From assembly GCF_000015805.1 (NCBI RefSeq), contig NC_009073.1:1080001-1112000 (forward strand): DNA of 32,000 nucleotides, given 5' to 3'. Source of the stretch: Pyrobaculum calidifontis JCM 11548 (GTDB taxonomy: Archaea; Thermoproteota; Thermoprotei; Thermoproteales; Thermoproteaceae). The position numbers were made by a program, and so were the translations under genes. The notes under the pieces were generated by a model. The model did not search any database, was not told the DNA's origin, and was given only the letters and a program-made list of their open reading frames with translations. Of this stretch, positions 15,424 through 23,767 are shown one piece after another (position 1 is the stretch's first letter; the number at the start of each line of letters is the position of its first letter).

Positions 15424-15454
15424 TGTAGATGAATATCTAGGTGCTTAAAATCTT

Positions 15455-15506
15455 TCGTGATGAGGCACGGCTGAGGATAGGTGACAGGTCCTAAACCAGG
15501 CTGAGC
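15455..15506 (+). ncRNA. candidate C/D box sRNA (possibly single-guide)
   Basis: Intergenic, plus strand. C box GTGATGA (15457-15463, perfect), GGCACGG, CTGA (15471-15474, D'-like), GGATAG, GTGACAG (15481-15487, C'-like with the GA retained), 13-nt spacer GTCCTAAACCAGG, then D box CTGA (15501-15504). Total C-to-D length is 48 nt, typical for archaeal C/D sRNAs. The first spacer is too short (7 nt) to be a normal guide. Confidence 0.4.
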
Positions 15507-15775
15507 TAGTCGCTCTCCCTCTCGCTCTCCTGCAAATTTTCCAAGAGGAGCCTCCTCATCTCCTCCATCTCCTCCTGGTCGTACTCCTGTCTTCTCTCCT
15601 CGGCAACCATTACCCCCCGCTTCTTCTCCTCAGAGACTTCAGACCTCTGGCGGTACCCCTCCTTCGCCTTCTCAGTCAGCTTTACCTCGTAGCCGCACTT
15701 GGGGCACTTAAGCACAGTGGTCCCATCCTTCTTCACTGGCACCATCAACGTGCCGTCCTTGGGACAAAACCGCAT
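15506..15775 (-). CDS. Zn-ribbon protein related to the N-terminal ribbon of RpoM/TFS (RNA polymerase M/15 kDa type), with acidic/basic low-complexity tail
   Basis: 89 codons. MRFCPKDGTLMVPVKKDGTTVLKCPKCGYEV aligns with the TFS/Rpb9 N-terminal ribbon (M.FCPKCG.LM.P......L.C..CGYE), but the second ligand is Asp (CPKD). There is no C-terminal TFIIS-type ribbon. Instead there is a K/E/R-rich tail. Confidence 0.6.
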   Translation of the reverse strand: MRFCPKDGTLMVPVKKDGTTVLKCPKCGYEVKLTEKAKEGYRQRSEVSEEKKRGVMVAEERRQEYDQEEMEEMRRLLLENLQESERESD

Positions 15776-15852
15776 TCTACTTCAACAAGTCTACCGTATT
15801 TAAGCCTTTTGCGCGGTATAGAAAGCTTTATAAGATATATACATCTATATTT

Positions 15853-17634
15853 GTGAAACTCCTACTGTTGGGGAACGAGGCAATTGCCTACGGGGCGCTC
15901 AGCGGAGGCCTAGCCGTAGCCACGGCATATCCAGGCACGCCCTCTACAGAGGTGTTAGAGACAATAGAGGAGTTTAAGGACCGCTATACACACTGGGCGG
16001 CCAATGAGAAGACGGCGTTTGAAATAGCCTACGGAGCCGCCCTAGCTGGGGCAAGGGCCCTGGTGGCTATGAAGCACGTGGGGCTGAACGTGGCCGCAGA
16101 CCCCCTCCACAGCGCGGCTTACACAGGCGTGGAGGGGGGCCTCCTAGTGGTGTCGGCAGACGACCCGTGGATGTACTCTTCTCAGAATGAGCAAGACACC
16201 AGGTGGTACGGCGTGCAGGCATACGTGCCCGTCCTCGAGCCCTCTAGCCCGGCCGAGGCCTACGCCTACGCCAAGGCGGGGCTAGAGCTCAGCGAGAGGG
16301 TCAAGCAACCCGTCTTGCTTAGGAGCGTGACGAGGGTGAGCCACGTGAGAGCGCCCGTGGAGGTGGAGCCCCCTGCGCCTCCCAAGTGGGGCAACTTCGT
16401 CAGAGATGTGAAGCGCTTCACGCTTGTGCCAGCCCATGCGCGGGAGAGGAGGAGGGAGCTGGTGGAGAAGTGGGAGAAAATGCGGGAGTGGGCCGAGCAG
16501 TACATGACTGTGGAAGACGGCTGCGACAAGGCCGTGGTGGTGACAGCGGGGGTAGCTTATACATATGTAAAAGAGGCGTTGAAGAGGCTGGGCACCTGCG
16601 CCACTGTGGTGAAGCTGGGGATGTCTGTGCCGCTCCCCCGGAAGATCTCCGAGGTGGTGAAGGGAGAGGCCATAGTGGTAGAGGAGGGGGACCCAGTGGT
16701 GGAGACTCAGCTCAGGGCACTCGGCGTATCCACCAGGGGAAAGCTGGACGGCTATTTTCCGCGGTACGGCGAATTGACCACGGGGAAGGTGGCCGCTGGC
16801 ATAGCCAAGGCGCTTGGCCTCCCCTACTCCCCGCCCGCGGTCTACAAGTCGCCCATGGCGCCTCCCCCAAGGCCGCCGTCTCTATGCCCAGGCTGCCCCC
16901 ACATGGCCACCTTCTACGCGCTTAAGGTAGCCACGGCTGGGCTAAACCCAGTCTGGTCTGGTGACATAGGCTGCTACTCGCTGGGCTTAAACACGGGCCA
17001 GCAGGACATAATAACGCACATGGGCTCCTCTGTGGGCCTTGGCCACGGCGTCGCCGTAGCGGCAAAGCGGTTTGTAGTAGCCACAGTGGGCGACTCCACC
17101 TTCTACCACGCCGTCCTCCCCCAGCTTGTGGACGTAGCCGCCAAATCTGTCCCCATGTTGATCGTGGTCATGGACAACGCCTACACGGCCATGACGGGCG
17201 GCCAGCCGAGCCCAAGCAGATTTCTGCCAGTGGAGAAGATAACCGAGGCCTTTGGCATACCCACCTTCGTAGTAGACCCCGTGTATGTCAAGTCGTCTAT
17301 TGAGACTGTGAAAAAGGCGGTGGAGGTGGTGAAGAGCGGCAGGCCTGCGGTCGTCGTCTCAAGGAGGCCCTGCACTCTCATGGCGGTGAGGAAGGCGCGC
17401 CGTAGCGGCGTAAGGCTCCCGAGGTACTTCGTCGACGTGGACAAGTGCGTCTCTTGTGGAATTTGCTACAACGTGTTGAAGTGTAGCGCCATTTCCAAGG
17501 CGTCTGGCGGAAAGGCGTATATAGACCCCGCTCTCTGCGTCGGATGCGGAGTCTGCGCCGAGGTGTGCCCCGTGGGGGCAATAAAGGGAGAGGGAGACAG
17601 GGCGAAGTGGCTGGAGGTATGGAGACAGGCATAG
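15853..17634 (+). CDS. iorA: indolepyruvate:ferredoxin oxidoreductase alpha subunit
   Basis: 593 codons with a GTG start at 15853 and CTTTATAAGA about 25 nt upstream. Begins LLGNEAIAYGAL..G...ATAYPGTPSTE, has a TPP-binding region GDSTFYH, and has two C-terminal 4Fe-4S motifs (CVSCGICYNVLKC and CVGCGVCAEVCP). Confidence 0.9.
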   Translation: MKLLLLGNEAIAYGALSGGLAVATAYPGTPSTEVLETIEEFKDRYTHWAANEKTAFEIAYGAALAGARALVAMKHVGLNVAADPLHSAAYTGVEGGLLVVSADDPWMYSSQNEQDTRWYGVQAYVPVLEPSSPAEAYAYAKAGLELSERVKQPVLLRSVTRVSHVRAPVEVEPPAPPKWGNFVRDVKRFTLVPAHARERRRELVEKWEKMREWAEQYMTVEDGCDKAVVVTAGVAYTYVKEALKRLGTCATVVKLGMSVPLPRKISEVVKGEAIVVEEGDPVVETQLRALGVSTRGKLDGYFPRYGELTTGKVAAGIAKALGLPYSPPAVYKSPMAPPPRPPSLCPGCPHMATFYALKVATAGLNPVWSGDIGCYSLGLNTGQQDIITHMGSSVGLGHGVAVAAKRFVVATVGDSTFYHAVLPQLVDVAAKSVPMLIVVMDNAYTAMTGGQPSPSRFLPVEKITEAFGIPTFVVDPVYVKSSIETVKKAVEVVKSGRPAVVVSRRPCTLMAVRKARRSGVRLPRYFVDVDKCVSCGICYNVLKCSAISKASGGKAYIDPALCVGCGVCAEVCPVGAIKGEGDRAKWLEVWRQA

Positions 17635-18170
17635 TCATCGTAGGCGTGGGAGGACAGGGCGTGTTGACGCTGGCCAGGTGGCTGGGAGAGGCCGCCCTCT
17701 CCGCTGGCTACGACGTAAGAGTGGCAGAGGTCCACGGCTTAAGCCAGCGTGGTGGGGCTGTGGAAGTCCACGTGCGATTTGGGAATGAGGTCTACGCCCC
17801 CGTAGTAGACGAGGGCGAGGCCGACGTCGTGGTTGCCCTCGAGGCGTTGGAGGCCTTGCGGGGCCTTAGGTACCTCAGACAGGGCGGGGTGCTGGTGGTA
17901 AATAGGAGGATAATCCAGCCGCCAGGCGCGTGGTACGACATAGGCCAAGTGTTAGACGCGTTGAAGAAGTCCGGCGTGCGCCACTACGTAGTCCCCTGCT
18001 ACGAAGAGGCGCTGAAGCTGGGCTCCCCAGTCTATGAAAACTCGGTAATGCTGGGCTTCGTATCGGCGTTGCTAAGCCTCCCAGCCCCGCCCAGCCTAGA
18101 CGAGGCCAATAAAAAGGCCTTTCAAAGAGGCGCCGCCCTACTCCAAAATCCTCTTTCCCCCGACCAGTAG
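17619..18170 (+). CDS. iorB: indolepyruvate:ferredoxin oxidoreductase beta subunit
   Basis: Track ORF 17544..18170 trimmed to ATG 17619 (METGIVIVGVGGQGVLTLARWLGEAAL..G..V...EVHGLSQRGG). Overlaps the iorA end by 16 nt. Confidence 0.85.
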   Translation: METGIVIVGVGGQGVLTLARWLGEAALSAGYDVRVAEVHGLSQRGGAVEVHVRFGNEVYAPVVDEGEADVVVALEALEALRGLRYLRQGGVLVVNRRIIQPPGAWYDIGQVLDALKKSGVRHYVVPCYEEALKLGSPVYENSVMLGFVSALLSLPAPPSLDEANKKAFQRGAALLQNPLSPDQ

Positions 18171-18941
18171 CCACCCCTCTTCGTCCACTTCGATTTTCCC
18201 TTTGGCGCTCCCCCGCTCCACCAGCCGCTTGAAGAGGTGAGACGGGTCCACTGGATTTCCAAAAAACTCCAACACTCTCTCCACGTCGCGGCGCAGTAGC
18301 TCAAGCTCCCTCGGGTGGCCCCTCCTGACCGCTGAGCCCCAGTCAATTATCCAAGGGGCCTCCCCGTCGTAGAGGATATTGAAGGGGCTTAAGTCGCCGT
18401 GTACAAGCCCCGCGGCGATGTACGTCTTCTCGAGGTTCTTAACCACCTCTAAAAACACGGCCTCGGGGTCGTCCAACCCCTCTAGCCCAACCTCGTGGAG
18501 CAGGGGGGCCGGCGTGTTGCCCTCGCCTATGAAGTCCATGACGAGGACATTTCGCAGAAACCCCCTCGGCCTCGGCACGCGGACCCCCGCCTCATACGCC
18601 CTAGCGAGGTTGCCGAACTCCTTTCGACACCACAATTCGACTAAGTGGAGCTGGTCGCTGATCTTCACCCCCCTAAACCGCGGGTCGCCCAAGATGTAGC
18701 CGTGCCTACTTTTCACAAACCTGACGGGGACTGGGTAGAATATCTTAAGCGCTATGTACCTCCCCTCTCTGTCCTTGGCTAAGACGAGCTTCGCCTCCTT
18801 GCCCTGGCCCACCGGCCCCAGCACGTCACCCACGACCCCCCTCTCCTGTAGCTTCACCACGGCGGCCCAGGTGTAGGCGTTTATCGCATCGTCTACCACT
18901 TTGAAGTAGTCGTGATCTTTCTCAGTCCTAAAACGCCCCAC
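18138..18941 (-). CDS. rio1: RIO-type serine protein kinase, Rio1-like
   Basis: 267 codons with a GTG start at 18941. Has GPVGQGKEAKLV (the STGKEA-type ATP loop), ALKIFY, VHGDLSPFNIL (catalytic loop) and IDWGSAV (metal-binding loop). There is no Rio2-type N-terminal wHTH. Confidence 0.9.
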   Translation of the reverse strand: MGRFRTEKDHDYFKVVDDAINAYTWAAVVKLQERGVVGDVLGPVGQGKEAKLVLAKDREGRYIALKIFYPVPVRFVKSRHGYILGDPRFRGVKISDQLHLVELWCRKEFGNLARAYEAGVRVPRPRGFLRNVLVMDFIGEGNTPAPLLHEVGLEGLDDPEAVFLEVVKNLEKTYIAAGLVHGDLSPFNILYDGEAPWIIDWGSAVRRGHPRELELLRRDVERVLEFFGNPVDPSHLFKRLVERGSAKGKIEVDEEGWLLVGGKRILE

Positions 18942-18960
18942 GTCTAGGGGGGAGAAGCGA

Positions 18961-18967
18961 TTTAAAA
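18961..18967. promoter_or_regulatory. shared central TATA-like box between rio1 (minus) and the KH-domain gene (plus)
   Basis: TTTAAAA at 18961-18967 is centred at 18964. The midpoint of the two GTG starts (18941 and 18986) is 18963.5. The intergenic gap is 44 nt. Confidence 0.55.
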
Positions 18968-18985
18968 CCTTTCACAGAAGACGCC

Positions 18986-19510
18986 GTGGCGTCTGAATAT
19001 CTGCGCGGGGCCATTGTAGAGCCGATAGAGGCTAAGAGGGCGAGGGCCGCGCGGGAGTTCGTCAAACTTGTGGACGGCAAATACGGCGCCAGGGCGGAGT
19101 TCGACGAGAGGGAGATGGTCATCAAAATAACGCCTGGCCAAGGCACGGGGGTAGACGCTGTGTTGAAGCTGAGGGAGATGGCAAGGGCCGTGGCGCTCGG
19201 ATTTACTCCACAACAGGCGCTCATGCTAGAAGACGACGAGTACGTCTTAGCTGTGGTGGACTTAAAGGAGTACACAGACAAGCCTAACCACCTCAGGAGG
19301 ATAAAAGGCCGCATAATAGGCGAAGAGGGGAGGGCTAAACACACCATTGAGCAATTGGCCGAGGTGTCAATGGTGGTGGGAGACCACTACGTGGCGATCC
19401 TCGGCAAGCTAGGCGACGTAGAGATAGCGAAAAGAGCAGTGGAGATGTTAATAGAGGGGAAGAAACACAGCACCGTGTATAAGTATATCCAGGAGGCTAA
19501 AAGAGGCTAA
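18986..19510 (+). CDS. KH-domain RNA-binding protein (Dim2/Pno1-like)
   Basis: 174 codons with a GTG start at 18986. Has a GxxG-type loop in RIIGEEGRAKHTIEQL and a second KH-like half. It is divergent from rio1, a pairing common in archaea. Confidence 0.8.
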   Translation: MASEYLRGAIVEPIEAKRARAAREFVKLVDGKYGARAEFDEREMVIKITPGQGTGVDAVLKLREMARAVALGFTPQQALMLEDDEYVLAVVDLKEYTDKPNHLRRIKGRIIGEEGRAKHTIEQLAEVSMVVGDHYVAILGKLGDVEIAKRAVEMLIEGKKHSTVYKYIQEAKRG

Positions 19511-20175
19511 GACGAGGCGGCGGCCTCCGCCGCTACCTCCTTCACCGCGACGCGCTCCTCCTCCGGCGGATATCTCAACACCTTGATTTTAGCCACCTCC
19601 ACCTTCCTCATGGGGGCAATCTTCTTCCCAGCTATGAACAAGTCGGCGGCCAGAGTCCCCTCAAGCACCTCCTTTAAAAACTGCCCAATGTCCGCCTCTG
19701 CGGCCTTCTTAGTTACCACCTCGATGAACCGCTTCCGAATTGCCGACTTCTGCGCCGTGCCTACCCTGTGGGTGGTCACGCCCAGGACGGCGACTCTCAT
19801 GACCCACCCGTCCTTAGTCTTGACATCCGTTATAGCCATAATCTTGCTGGTGCCCCGCCTAATGAGAGACCTGAGGTAGTCCCTAGTCAGCTCAAGGCCC
19901 TTAAACCTCGTCGACGCGTTTAGCCCATCCACCCTATGTATTTGAAACCTCAGCTTAATGGGGAGGTGGGAAATGTCCTTAGTAATGTCGTAGAGCGTGA
20001 CCTCGAGAGTCCTTTTCACAAGCTTCTGGGCCTCAGCCGCGGGCACCTCTGCGAGGAAAACTCCGCCGAGGTAGGGAGGGGCATACACGCTGAACCACTT
20101 CTTCAACGCCCAGGGGTCCCTCTTGGAGATGGCGACCTTCTCCTGCGCGGCAACAGCCTTCTGCTTCTCTGCCAT
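19507..20175 (-). CDS. rps3ae: 30S ribosomal protein S3Ae (eS1)
   Basis: Track ORF 19507..20184 (TTG) trimmed to ATG 20175 (MAEKQKAVAAQEK...DPWALKKWFSVYAP). AAAGTTTATATTTACC (minus strand) is centred about 25 nt upstream of 20175. Confidence 0.9.
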   Translation of the reverse strand: MAEKQKAVAAQEKVAISKRDPWALKKWFSVYAPPYLGGVFLAEVPAAEAQKLVKRTLEVTLYDITKDISHLPIKLRFQIHRVDGLNASTRFKGLELTRDYLRSLIRRGTSKIMAITDVKTKDGWVMRVAVLGVTTHRVGTAQKSAIRKRFIEVVTKKAAEADIGQFLKEVLEGTLAADLFIAGKKIAPMRKVEVAKIKVLRYPPEEERVAVKEVAAEAAASS

Positions 20176-20256
20176 CGCCGCCAAGTATCACGGTAAATAT
20201 AAACTTTGCCCCCGCCCACTGCGTGAAACATTTTTTTACGCCTCGCAGTACTGCCA

Positions 20257-20760
20257 ATGGACGAGGTAGACAGAAAGATATTGATGGCCCTTCAGGCTGA
20301 CGGCAAGAAGACTCTGCAGGAGCTAAGCGAGGAGCTGGGTAGGCCTAAGACCACCCTGGCGGCGAGAATTAAGAAGCTGGAGGAGGAAGGCGTAATACTG
20401 GGCTACAAGGCGGTGGTCAACCCCTTCGCCCTCGGCTACAAGCTACTCGCCTTCGTCCTCGTCAGCGTTAGAAGAGGCGCCTCCGCCGAGTCAAAACCTC
20501 TCCAACAGGCAGTGGCGGAGAAGGTCTTACAGGAGTGCAACGGCGAAGGAGGCATGCCCTTCGTAGAAGAGGCCTACATAATAACGGGGCCCTACGACCT
20601 CTTATTCAAAGTCTGGGCGAGGGACGTGAAACAGCTCTCCACGTTCCTAGTGGCGTATCTGGCCTCCAACCCCGACATACAGCGCACCGAGACGCTGATC
20701 GTGCTAGAGATCGTGGATGACTGGCGTAGGCGCGTAATGCCGCCCTCACAGCCTGCCTAA
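20257..20760 (+). CDS. lrp: Lrp/AsnC-family transcriptional regulator (HTH plus RAM domain)
   Basis: 167 codons. MDEVDRKILMALQADGKKTLQELSEELGRPKTTLAARIKKLEEEGVILGYKAVVNP is the canonical Lrp HTH. A RAM-type C-terminal domain follows. Confidence 0.9.
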   Translation: MDEVDRKILMALQADGKKTLQELSEELGRPKTTLAARIKKLEEEGVILGYKAVVNPFALGYKLLAFVLVSVRRGASAESKPLQQAVAEKVLQECNGEGGMPFVEEAYIITGPYDLLFKVWARDVKQLSTFLVAYLASNPDIQRTETLIVLEIVDDWRRRVMPPSQPA

Positions 20761-20797
20761 GTGCGACAAATATATAAAGGGGGGGTTGTAGATCCAC

Positions 20798-21097
20798 GTG
20801 AGCAGAAGGCGTAAGATGTACTACTACGAGGAAACCCCGATAGGCCCCATCAGCAGAACCCCGGCGGAGGCCAAGGTGTACAAATACGTAGACTGCTCAA
20901 TAGTGGAGAAGACCCCCACTACTATCACCGCCATGTGCAAGCCCAACACTCTCATAAAGGTTTACAAAGGCGAGGGGGAGGGCGCCGAATTCGTCGTAGA
21001 GTTCACAGACACAGACACGGGGCTGAGCGAGAAGCACAGAGTAGACCTCTCCACAGCTGTGGTCATTAGGAGGTACCTAGAGTCTAGAAGTAGATAA
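20798..21097 (+). CDS. hypothetical protein
   Basis: 99 codons. GTG 20798 lies about 27 nt downstream of TATATAAA (20771-20778). An alternative start is ATG 20816. Composition is ordinary, and no family is recognised. Confidence 0.5.
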   Translation: MSRRRKMYYYEETPIGPISRTPAEAKVYKYVDCSIVEKTPTTITAMCKPNTLIKVYKGEGEGAEFVVEFTDTDTGLSEKHRVDLSTAVVIRRYLESRSR

Positions 21098-21120
21098 ATT
21101 TTAAAACTAAGGAGATTAGT

Positions 21121-21366
21121 ATGGTTATGGAGGCCGTGGTGTTTTTAAACGTGGACATAGGGTCTGAGGATAGGGTAATGGAACAGCTCGCCGCAATACC
21201 GGAGGTCAAGGCGGTGTACTTCGTCTACGGGCCATACGACCTAGTGGTAAAAATTGAGGCGCCCGACATAGAGAAGATAAGGGCGGTGGTGAGAGAAAAG
21301 GTGAGGAAAATAGACGGCATTAGGTCCACCACAACCTTGATTGTGGCCAAGTCCCACGCGAAGTAG
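21121..21366 (+). CDS. stand-alone Lrp/AsnC ligand-binding (RAM) domain protein
   Basis: 81 codons. VFLNVDIGSEDRVMEQLAAIPEVKAVYFVYGPYDLVVKIEAPDIEKIRAVVREKVRKIDGIRSTTTLIV is a RAM domain with no HTH. ATAAATTTTAAAAC lies about 25 nt upstream. Confidence 0.8.
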   Translation: MVMEAVVFLNVDIGSEDRVMEQLAAIPEVKAVYFVYGPYDLVVKIEAPDIEKIRAVVREKVRKIDGIRSTTTLIVAKSHAK

Positions 21367-22025
21367 TGTGTAGATTTTACATAGCCAAAGGGCCGGTAGA
21401 CCTCTCCCGCGCGTTGAGGCTGGCGGCTAAGTACGACCCCTACGCCCCTGGTGAGCGGAAACAACATGGCGACGGCTGGGGATACGTGGCTGTGTTGGGC
21501 AGGGGCTACCTGTACTATAGGTCTGAGGCGCCCATATGGGAAGACCCAACCCCCATACCCATGGGAGAGGTGGTACTAGCCCACGCCCGCGCTGCATCGC
21601 CCGGCGAGCCCCTAGGCGTACAACATGCACACCCCTACATGGCGTATACGCCCGACGGGAGGCTCATCTTCCTCGCCCACAACGGGTCAGTGGACAAAAA
21701 GGCCATAGCACAACAACTAGGCCTAGACCCAGCCCCCTACACCGACAGCCACATCTTGGCCCTATACTTGGCCAAGCACTGGGACAATCCACAGGCCGCC
21801 GTGGAGAAGGCCCTGCCCTACGTAAAAACGGCGCTTAACATCGCCGTGGTAGAGCTCCCAGGCCCCAAGGCCTACGCCTACACCTACTACAAGGGGAAGG
21901 GGGAGTACTACCCGCTGTACTTGCTAAGGCTGGGAGTGGGGAAGGCGGTGGCGTCTTCCACTCTACTCAGACATGTAGACGCCGACGCCACAAAGCTAGA
22001 GAAGGGCACATTTCTACAACTCTAA
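21366..22025 (+). CDS. class II (Ntn) glutamine amidotransferase-like protein
   Basis: 219 codons. GTG 21366 overlaps the previous stop by 1 nt. The N-terminus is Met-Cys (MCRFYIAKG), giving the Ntn nucleophile. Also has HGDGWG, LAHARAAS and FLAHNGSV. Confidence 0.75.
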   Translation: MCRFYIAKGPVDLSRALRLAAKYDPYAPGERKQHGDGWGYVAVLGRGYLYYRSEAPIWEDPTPIPMGEVVLAHARAASPGEPLGVQHAHPYMAYTPDGRLIFLAHNGSVDKKAIAQQLGLDPAPYTDSHILALYLAKHWDNPQAAVEKALPYVKTALNIAVVELPGPKAYAYTYYKGKGEYYPLYLLRLGVGKAVASSTLLRHVDADATKLEKGTFLQL

Positions 22026-22052
22026 CTTTTTAACACCCCCAAACTTTCCATT

Positions 22053-22781
22053 ATGGAGTCGCCGGAGTTGGAGGGCTTGAAAAAACTGCGCACAGGCTTC
22101 CTAATCTTCATAGCGCTTGAGGTAGTGGCGGTGGCCTTGGTCTTTACAACAGTAGGCGCGGCCATCGGCGTATTAGGCAGGGGAATAGACGCCCTCTCTG
22201 CCCTCATGGCGTTGCTGTGGGTCATAGTGGCGGCCGTGGTGGCCCTGGCCGTCGTGGGCCTCGTTGCCTTCCTCATATACATCAGAGGCGGCTATGGAAA
22301 ACTGGCCCAGGTAGACCGCGGCTTTGGCATATGCCGCACGGGCGTCACCATATTAATCGCTGGCATCGTAGTGGCCCTGGCGGGGCTCCTCTCCATAGTT
22401 CCGTGGGCTGTGGAACTCGCGCGGACGGCGATCTCACACCCCGGGCAGTGGAGAGGCTTGCCGCCCGACTTTCTGCTATCCCCTCTGCTCGCGGCGGTGG
22501 GCGTGGCGGTCGTCGGCGGAATTTTGGCCCTAGTGGGCTGGATACTGGTGTTCATCGTCGGCGCGTTTAAACTGAGCGATAAGTACAAAGAGTCGCTGTT
22601 CCAAGCGGCGGGCATCCTCTACATCGTCGACATCGTCCTGCTCTTCTTGGGACTAGGCGGCCTCCTCACCCTGGTGGGCCACATACTAATGTACATAGGC
22701 CTTGGGTCAGCCATAAATAAGGCCGTGGCGTCTGCCCAGCCTCAAGCGCCCTCCTCGGCCACGGAGAAGCCCACGCTGTAG
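22053..22781 (+). CDS. polytopic membrane protein, DUF973-like (crenarchaeal family)
   Basis: 242 codons with about 6 TM helices. LKKLRTGFLIF, YIRGGYGKL, FKLSDKY and ILMYIGLG resemble what I remember of DUF973 proteins. CTTTTTAAC lies about 26 nt upstream. Confidence 0.6.
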   Translation: MESPELEGLKKLRTGFLIFIALEVVAVALVFTTVGAAIGVLGRGIDALSALMALLWVIVAAVVALAVVGLVAFLIYIRGGYGKLAQVDRGFGICRTGVTILIAGIVVALAGLLSIVPWAVELARTAISHPGQWRGLPPDFLLSPLLAAVGVAVVGGILALVGWILVFIVGAFKLSDKYKESLFQAAGILYIVDIVLLFLGLGGLLTLVGHILMYIGLGSAINKAVASAQPQAPSSATEKPTL

Positions 22782-23752
22782 AGCACGTCTACCACGTACT
22801 CAAAGAGGCGGCTTGGCTCGCGCGGCTTCAGAACCTTCGCCTCTCCCCCCCTCACGTATATTACGCCGAACCAGGGCCGCTCTACGCCAGGCGGCGGCTC
22901 TCCCTCAAGCACTAGGACCATGTTGCGCGTCCTCCGCCAAAGCTTCCTCGAGTAGGAGGCCCAGGGGCAGATGGCCACCACTCCGCTCTTCTCGGCTGTG
23001 CCGTCTACTGAGATGTACTGAAGGCCGCATCTGTGGTCAAGGCTGAACTCGTACTCGCCGTGTAGAGAAAGCGCCTTGGCCAAGGCGTCGGCCCTAGACC
23101 GCTTCACCCGGAGAAGCTCTTCCAAAAGCTCCCCTGCGGAGAGGACTGGGTTGACCACCAGCCCCACCTCCGGCCTGTAGAGGGCCGCCCTCCCCAGTCT
23201 GACGGTGCGCGGCACCTCCCCGTAGAGGGCCCGGTGCAACCTCTCGTCAAACTCCTCCGCCAGCAAGCCCTCTACAAAGGCCATTAGCCCCCCGTCGCGA
23301 AGGTAGGGGCCCAGCTCCTCGTCCAAGTTCACCCGTGGCCGAGACGCCTCGCCCCCCAGCTTTATGAGGAGCTTGGCCAAATAGGGAGGCGCCGCCACTA
23401 CGTCCTCGGAGAAGTGCATGACGAGGCCCCACCTCAAGAGTCTCTCAAGCCCCCCGGCCCTCCCCAAGAGCTCAAGCCCAGCCTCGACCTCCCCCTCCAG
23501 GGACAGACTTCTCCCATACGCCGCGTACAACGCCGCAAGCTCTCTGTCGTCAATGCGGGACTCCACTAATCTACAGAGCTCGTCCGAGTGCTCGTCGGCG
23601 CGCCTCACGTCCTCTTCGCCGGCCCCCTCCGCGGCGGCCCACAGCTCGGCCCACCTCTCCCCATACCTAAGCCGGAAGTCCCCCTCCAGTACGCCCACGT
23701 CGCCCTTGTACACAGCCCTCTGAAACCTCGCCTCTAAGACGAGCGGATCCAC
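22742..23752 (-). CDS. hypothetical protein (336 aa), no recognised family
   Basis: Track ORF 22742..23911 trimmed to GTG 23752 (MDPLVLEARFQRAVYKGD...). The longer version would run across the TATA box and the moeA start. The N-terminal two thirds are helical and Leu/Glu/Ala-rich, and the C-terminal part looks alpha/beta. Converges on and overlaps the DUF973-like gene by 40 nt. Confidence 0.55.
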   Translation of the reverse strand: MDPLVLEARFQRAVYKGDVGVLEGDFRLRYGERWAELWAAAEGAGEEDVRRADEHSDELCRLVESRIDDRELAALYAAYGRSLSLEGEVEAGLELLGRAGGLERLLRWGLVMHFSEDVVAAPPYLAKLLIKLGGEASRPRVNLDEELGPYLRDGGLMAFVEGLLAEEFDERLHRALYGEVPRTVRLGRAALYRPEVGLVVNPVLSAGELLEELLRVKRSRADALAKALSLHGEYEFSLDHRCGLQYISVDGTAEKSGVVAICPWASYSRKLWRRTRNMVLVLEGEPPPGVERPWFGVIYVRGGEAKVLKPREPSRLFEYVVDVLYSVGFSVAEEGA

Positions 23753-23767
23753 GTCAATACTAAGGCC

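Noticed and set aside
16386-16925. R/G-rich alternative-frame ORFs inside iorA (16386..16925), moeA (24287..24877), iorB/rio1 (17875..18174) and the HAD gene (8450..8884, 8236..8763)
   Set aside because: All lie inside genes with strong family motifs in another frame. Their extreme Arg/Gly/Pro composition is what off-frame reading of GC-rich coding DNA produces.
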